From Mesotaenium endlicherianum (Eukaryota), in the NCBI GenBank assembly GCA_009602735.1, contig WELA01003352.1:95933-159601 (forward strand): a stretch of 63,669 nt of DNA, read 5' to 3'. The translations under genes and the position numbers were made by a program. Each line of letters starts with the position of its first letter. The stretch's first letter is position 1. Shown here piece by piece: positions 56,518 to 63,669 of the stretch. The notes beneath the pieces were generated by a model, which searched no databases, had not been told where the DNA came from, and worked only from the letters and a program-made list of their open reading frames with translations.

Positions 56518-58658
56518 TACAGGGTGGGAAGAAGTGAGAAGGTGTTGACTTGCCCTCTAAGTTGACCAAAGGCCCATAAGAGCATAGCCAGATGGCAACA
56601 AGTCATGGACGCAAAAGACTAACCAATTGATCACATATTATTCCAGATCCATTCGATGAAATTGCAGGTCGAGACGCCGGTGGTCTAGCTATTTTGAAGC
56701 AGACGGAGGTCGTTATTACTGAGATCTTGACAATCGTGCGCTATCGAGTCTATCCGGAGGACCCTGGCGACATCCGAATTGGCGCCATAAAAAAATTATA
56801 TTTTCTCTAATATATACCACCAAAATAAATCAAGATAACGGAGGGGAAAAAGTCACCCTATTTAAACTCGGTCAAACTCTCGAACTCCACATCCTAACTC
56901 CGTACCAATCACTTTGATAACGACCCTAACAGAAGGAAAAACACGAAACCTTCACAAGATTGCAGCGGCAGCTTATTCATACCCGTGCTTTGACGTCGGC
57001 CTAGCATTTCTCATATAATATAATACTTGCTAAGTTCATCCAAGCACGTTAGAAGCATACTTCAACAGTGGAAAGGTTTCCTAAAGTATTCGCACTGCCT
57101 TCCTTAATTCACTTCAAGCGACAAGTGCAGACCTTCTGGTGGAGCAGAGGAAGGGCTAGAATTTCGGAACTTACAGGTCAGTATTCTCGAAGGTAATGCT
57201 GCATTTTGTGTATGTAAGCTATATTTGGGTGTCAGTGTTACCTATTTTTGAAAATATCGCTGCCTACAGTGGGAATGTTGGGTGAGATTGTTTGTCCGGC
57301 AAAATTTTAAATTGATTTCTAATGCATAGAGGTTGCAAATGTAGCATATATATCGCATGCCTCTGAAGTAACACCTTCTTCCTTTCCTGCCCTGTCGTCC
57401 TCCAACCATAACTCAATCACGCCTAAAATAAGCTGTCTCTGTGTTATTTTAGTCTGTTATAGTTACACATACACTTTGAGACGTTTTGATATTTGAAGGT
57501 ACCACAGTGAAGGTGGTAGGTTCCATGTTTTGAGTGCCAGGCTTAAGGCCTCCAAAGTGTGTCACTGTACTTTGGCAAGAGAAAGAACGCTGATTTTACA
57601 TGCTAGCGCGTCCCTCTCATCCTGCTAAGCCTGTCCATCATGTTCCAGTGGTGGGTGCCAGTTAGGGGGCTTGTCAAGGCTTCTACGGGGGTCTCTTTGT
57701 GCCATGTGGTCGTCCACAGGAAGCAGGTGTTTCATGTGCGTTGTTTTTCAAAGAGCTGCAGTTAGGTGCACCCACAAAACATTGTGAAAGTTTTGCATCA
57801 GCACGACCAAATAGCCGCATTGTCCTGATCTTTGCCGAATCATCGAACAGTGTGCCCCCCGGAGAGAGCAGCAGGTCCATCTGTCTGCTGGTCTGTTCAT
57901 TAAGTTGCTCCCCTTTAGCAAGCAGGCTCCTCCTTGGGAGCAGGCCCGTCCACTAGTTTGCAAGACTCTTTTTGTGCCCACAACACAAATGCTACTTTTG
58001 TGTTTGCCGGTGATGGAGGCATGCATTCTTTGTGCAAGGTCAGAAGCTACATCCCTGTGCACAAGTGCAGCAGGCTGGACTTTTTAGATGCTTGTCACCG
58101 GGGCTTGAGGAGAAGGAGGAACGAGATCAGCCAACCTTCACTTGCTCCAGTCCAGCCACTCGTCATTACCCCTCCCTCGTGTTACTCTAAGAAGCTCGAG
58201 GAGCTCCTGCACGTTAAGGGGGGAGGGTGTGGCAATGAGGGGGGGAAGGGGGGGAGTGTGAATGGCTCCCGAGCACGTGTCTGTGAAGCACTGAGTGCCA
58301 GTTGGCTGTTGACATGGTCCTGCTGTTTGCACTGGCACAACAATAGGCGTCGAAACGGTCAGCTGAGATGTCGTACGGATGCAACTCTCATGAGTCTCGT
58401 GCCGGGGTAACAGAGCAGGGCAGGGAGAGATCGGGGTGATGGTGGAGTGGCTTTTGTCCTGCTACTGCGGGGAGGGCAAGGGGGGGGGGAGGGGCTGACC
58501 AAAGCATGTGTTGATCTGCTGGCCCGCATGCCTCCGGAGGGAAAGGAGCGTCCTGGCTGAGCTACGATAAAGTTTCTCAGAGGCCATACCTTTGTGAATT
58601 TTAATTGCTAACGCCTCTTGACTGTCCCTTTGTTGCTCGTTTTCAGAAAGGGCCAGCT

Positions 58659-61600
58659 ATGCTGTCCTATAAGCGCCAATCACCAGAGAGTTTAACAGAT
58701 GCCAATGGCAACAACCCACGTCCTAAGAAGAGGTGAGATGCCGTCACTCCCGGTGCTCGTGCAACGTTAAAATAACAAATACTTGTAAAACTCAAATCAT
58801 TAAGTCTTCTAGGAACAAAACGTTTTCACATTCAAAGTCAATAAATCTGTTCTTAGTGCAAATTGTGGAAGCAGGGTGTTGTTCTGCCACTCTTTACTCA
58901 CCAACTCGACTCTCGGTGATGTTTTGCAGGGCGAAGCGAGGCAAGGGCAACAAACCAGCGGGAAGCTCAAAAGAAGCGGCCGACGGTGCACGCCAGTAGG
59001 ATACCGTGCTCTGCTTCTCTTTCTGTGCACTTGAACGGCCTTGTGCTTCTTGGGGCAGTACTCTGTGTGTGCTGACCACTCTCTGCGTGAGGATGGCTTG
59101 GAGATGATATGTTGCCTCCTCCCGTGCATCCCGGGTGCTACAGTAGGATGGCTTCAGCAGGGGGATTGTGGTGCCTGCTTCCTCACTGACAGCTGGCCGC
59201 GTGGCCCCACTTCTCCCCTCCGTGCAGGGGTCAGCGCATCGACTGGGACGCGCCAGGCCTGAGGCGGACAGAGTGCCTGCAGAGCGGGTACCGCTGGAAG
59301 CAGGAGGGGAAGACACTGATCAAGCACTCGGACATTATCGAGAGGTGCCAGGCCCTACCCCCCTCTCAGACTGCTCGCCTCTCCTGACAGATGGCGTGAT
59401 TGCGGCCTTTAAGCGAGCTGATCTGCGTGCGCATCGGGCATAGGAGGAGGCGTGCCAGCAGCGAGCAGCCTGCTCCCCTCGTGTGTGTGTGTGTGTATGT
59501 GTGTGTGTGGGTGTGTGCGTCTGCTGAGTTTGGCCCCTCACTCCCTCACACACACGTCGTACTCATGCTTGTGCTCTCGCTCCTTCTCGTGTCTCCTCCT
59601 GTTGTGGGCATGGCCGCGTGGCGCAATAATGGCTGCAGGGTCCACTACAAGTGCCAGGGACCTATTCTCAAAAAGAGCAGTGGGATTAAGAGCAAGTCGC
59701 AGACACAGAGCACCAACAGATGTCAGGGCCAGCCGGAGCCGGAGCCGGAGAAGTGCCCCGCGAGGATAGGCGTCGAGTTCGAGGCCGACGCGGGCGCCCC
59801 GGGGAAAGCAGTGAAGCGGATCGTTCACTACCAGGAGCACAACCACGCCAGGGGCCCCCCCAAGCCCATGGTCCACGAGGGCGTGGAGGTGCCCCAGGAT
59901 GCGCAGCCTGCACCACTGCCCACCGCCGCCCGCAGGTATGGGCCCCCTGCCCTGCCACCCGCTGCTCTGCTGCCCAGCCCCTCTGATCCCCCTGCCTGTC
60001 TGGCCGTCGGCCTCGCCACCTGTCCCCCGCAGCATACCTCCTCAGGCCCAGCATAGGTGCCCCTCCCAGCCAGCCTGCCAGCCAGCCAGCCAGTAGGCAT
60101 TCGGCTGGTGAGAGTATATGAGGAGAAAAGTAATTGAGCTGGAGGAGAGCGGAAGGAGAACGTAGGTGCGCCCCCGGGCAGGGGGGGGGNCATCACCGTG
60201 TGACATGGCTGGGCGCTCACCCCTCCCCCCTTTCGCCCCCTTCTGCTCCTTCTCCTGCTCCTGCTCCTCCACCATCTCCTCCTCCTCTTCCATTTCTTCC
60301 TTCTCCTACTCCTCTTTCTCCTCCTGGCAAGCCACTGACAGACGTGGAACTGATTATTGTGGTGCCCGTGCACGCGCGCAGAGTGCGGCGACGGAAAGCC
60401 GCGGCATGGCCGGACTGCGGGAACACCGTGCCCCCTCCCCCTCCTTCCCCGGGGATGGCAGCGGCTGCGACGGCGTTGACGGCGCTCCCTCACGTGTCCT
60501 TTCCGTCCTCTTGCTTTGCTGAGCCGTGCGTCGGCATCGACCGTGCACCATTACCACCACCATGGGAGGGGAGGGAGCGCGAGCAGGAGCTGGAGGAGGG
60601 CGCAGGAGCCGCCGGTGGCCCCTCCAGGAGGAGGAGGAGCAGCGTAAGCGACGTACTGGACGGCGACAAGCGGCCCATAGACCTCGACCGCCCTGTCCTG
60701 GAGAAGCTGGGGGAGCAGCTGGGGAAGCTTGACTTCTGGGCGGACGTCACCTTGCTGCCGCCCTCGCGGCGGCCCTCCAGCTGCGACGGGCAGGCAAACA
60801 TGGAAGCTGCTGCGGAGGCCCCCCGGCGCGTCAGCCACGCCTCAATGCCGGAGGAGGACCCGCAGGAGCAGCACCCGACCGAGCCGCCGCGACGCGCCAG
60901 CCAGTCCTCTTCCGTGGCGGGCTTCTGGAGATGGATAGCGAGCGCGGCTGCGCGCCGCCTCACGCCGTCTGGTGACACGCCGGCAGCGCAGGAGGATGAG
61001 GTGCGCACGAAGGTGGACGACTGGTGCGTATTCGTTCCTTTTGAAGGGCTTCCCGATGACCCCAGCCTCTGCCGCTTCATGCCGTGTGGCAGCGAGGAGG
61101 AGGAGATGGAGGGAAACGTGCAGGCGGCGGAGGGGCAGGAAGAGGAGATGGTGAAGAAGGAGCTGGAGGTGGAGATGAGGGAGGAGGAGCAGAAGGTGGG
61201 GGAGGTAGAGGAGGTGGAGGAGGTCATGAGAGAGGAGGAGGAGAAGGAGGTGGAGGGGGAGGTGGGGGNGAGGTGGGGGAGGTGGGGGAGGAGGGGGTAA
61301 AGATGATGGGAGAGGAGAAACAGGAGCAGGAGGAGGAGGAGGGGCAGGAGGAGGAGGATGAACAGGAGTTGGAGGGGTTGGAGGAGGAGGAGTTGGAGGA
61401 GGAGGAATTGGAAGAGGCGGAGGTGGAGGAGGAGGAGTCGGAGGAGGGGGAGGAGGAGGAGGAGGAGGAGTTCACGAAACCGGGCGTTGGCGCCGGCCGC
61501 GCGCCGCCGCCACCACGGGAGGCGAAGGAGCAGGAGCAGCAGGTGGAGGAGGTCGCGGAAGCCACAGACGAGCTCTTCAGATGTACCAGCATCGAGCACG

Positions 61601-63195
61601 TGATAAGGGACATCGTGGACCCTGCGCAGGGCAAGCCCCCTCCCCTGGAGGCCGCGGGGCCCATGGACTGGGTGAACCTGGAGGACCACGAGGACCACTG
61701 GCCGGTCGCGGGGCCCCCCCGGCGCGGCAGCCGCGCCTCGGTGTTGGAGGAGGCCCGGGGCCACGTGCAGGACAGGCCCCCCACGCCGGCTGCTGCGGAG
61801 CCCCCCCGGGCGCGGCAGCCACGTCTCGATGCCGGACGTGGCCCGTCAGAATGCGGTGGACCACCCTTCAATCCTGGAGGACGACCACTGCCACCTGGCC
61901 CCGCTTGAACCCCCCCGGCGTGTCAGCCAGTCTTCGTCCTCGGACGGCAGCTTCTGGAGGACGAGGAAGTGCGTCAGAAACTTCAAATTCACAAACTCGC
62001 CGGACGCAGAGGCGTACGATCTGACGAAGAAGGTTGAGGCCTGGTGCATATTCGTGCCTTTGAGGGGGCCTCCTGACGACCCCAGCCTTCCCAGCCCCAT
62101 GCCGTGTGGCGGCAACGAGGAGGAGGAGATGGAGGGAAAGGTGCAGGCGGAGGAGGGGCAGGAAGAGGAGATGGTGGCGAAGGAGCTGGAGGGGAGATGG
62201 GGGAGGAGGAGCAGAAGGCGGGGGAGGTGGAGGAGGTGATGATGGAGGGGGAGATGGAAGTGGAGCAGGAGGAGGAGGAGCCAGTTATTGGGGGCGAGCC
62301 CGATGGCCGTGTGAGCGGAAGCACAGCCGCCCTTGGGCTTGCTGTGATGTCAGACGCGCGGGTGAGCTGCCCCCAGGCCAGGGAGTTGGACTATGGGGGG
62401 GTCCAGCTGGAGGAGGCAGCTGTCGAAGGCGGGCCTGACGACCGCTGGCCTGAACGTGCAGACGCCCGTGCGCCCTTCCCTATGGCAGATGCAGGGCTTG
62501 GCCGCCCCCAGGCGAGGGAGGTGCACTACGGGGGCAACCCACTGCATTTAGAGCTGCCGCTCGACGGCCCCCGCAGCTCCAGCATGGCGTTTCACGGCAG
62601 CAGTGGGGAGATGCAGATGGTGGAGGCGGAAGAGATGGAAAATGGTATGGAGCTGGTGGAGGGTGAGGATGAGCCAGGTGCTGGAGGTGGGCCTGATGAC
62701 CGCGTGACTGGAAGCATAGTCGCCGTTGGGCTTGATGTATTGGCAGTCGCGCGGCTGCACTGCCCCCAGGCGAGAGAGTTGACCTTCGGGAGGGACCCGC
62801 TGGAGGAGGCAGCTGTACATGAAACGGCAGACGCATGGGTGAGCTGCCCCATGGCCAGGGAGTCGGACTGTAGGGGGCTCCTGCTGGAGGAGGCGGTCGC
62901 CGGATGTTGGCTCGTCAACAGCTGACCTGGAAGCACAGGTGCCTGCGCGCCCTCCGTGGTGGCAGATGCTTTGCTGGGCTGGGGCCAGGCTCGGGAGGCT
63001 CAAAACAGGGGAGGCCCACTGCTCTCGTTAGAGCTGCCGCTCAACAGCCCCGGCACCTACAGCATGGCGGCCCACGGCAGCGTTGGGGTCCTGGAGGAGC
63101 CGACCGTGGGAACCTGGCCCTGGCATGATGGCCCCAGCAGTTGGGCGCCTGCTCCTGTGGGCTCAGCGCCGTTGTGCCCCGTGAACCTCACCTGA
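58659..63195 (+). CDS. Divergent WRKY-like zinc-finger protein B with a long acidic, internally duplicated C-terminus; the 3' part has frame disruptions. Exons 58659-58732, 58930-58995, 59228-59344, 59639-59935, 60382-onward
   Basis: Spliced: MLSYKRQ..RPKKR|AKRGKG...|GQRIDWDAPGLRRTECLQSGYRWKQEGKTLIKHSDIIER|VHYKC...EKCPARIGVEF...IVHYQEHNH. All introns are phase 2, GT-AG. Clear paralogue of the gene at 46589-48345. The first two exons are less certain. Confidence 0.75.
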
Positions 63196-63669
63196 CGGCC
63201 AGGACCCCTTCCAGGCTGGGACTGGTCTGGCACACCGGTCCTCATGGAGACGTGTATACTAGTGTAACCTGCTCCTCCGCTACGGCTATAGAGGCCCAGC
63301 GGAGGGGGGGATAAGGGGGCAGGGGGGAGGAGGGGGAACAGCCTCTGATTCTCTGCCTGCCCCTACACGACTAGCCAAATAGAGCTGTGCTAGCAGCGGA
63401 GGAGGGGTGAGGCTTGTTAGGCATCTGGCGCTGCACGATGGAGGCCCCAGCTCACGTTGGATCTCTACGATGGTGGCGCAAGGCTGAGGTGCCCTTCCCC
63501 TGCTCCTGACGGCAGGAGGACCCTCCTGGAGTGTTGTAGAAGTGAGTGTGTAATGCAGGATCGGTGCGGCGTTCCGTTCATCGCAACGTGTATACTACGG
63601 CAACCTGTTACCTGCCCCCTCCTCTTGGGCATGCTTATATAAGGCCCCACAGGAAAGGGGGGGGGGGGG

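Noticed and set aside
54160..56880. W-box (TTGACY) motifs between the WRKY-like genes suggesting autoregulation
   Set aside because: A few 6-mers in AT-rich, transposon-derived DNA are expected by chance, and these proteins lack the W-box-reading residues

Overview
Eukaryotic, intron-rich nuclear DNA with GT-AG introns, microsatellites and three assembly gaps. Gene content (plastid TADA, DUF309, LDIP, SABATH, ABC1K7, WRKY-like) points to a green plant lineage, probably a streptophyte alga (inference). Manual splicing gives, in order: the 5' part of NUP98 (-); a small conserved protein (+); a DUF309 protein (-); tRNA adenosine deaminase TADA (-); an LDIP-like lipid droplet protein (+); two SABATH methyltransferase paralogues in convergent orientation that flank an SGLT/SMIT-like sodium:solute symporter; an ABC1K7 pseudogene; and two head-to-head, highly divergent WRKY-like genes. 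Between the WRKY-like genes lie an LTR-retrotransposon relic and a TIR-bounded element carrying a 19-bp minisatellite. The most notable items are (1) the WRKY-like pair, with heptapeptides WKQIGRK and WKQEGKT, a retained PR intron and expanded zinc fingers, invisible in the ORF track, and (2) the SABATH-symporter-SABATH block. All exon models were read by eye, checked for phase consistency, and need RNA-seq confirmation.
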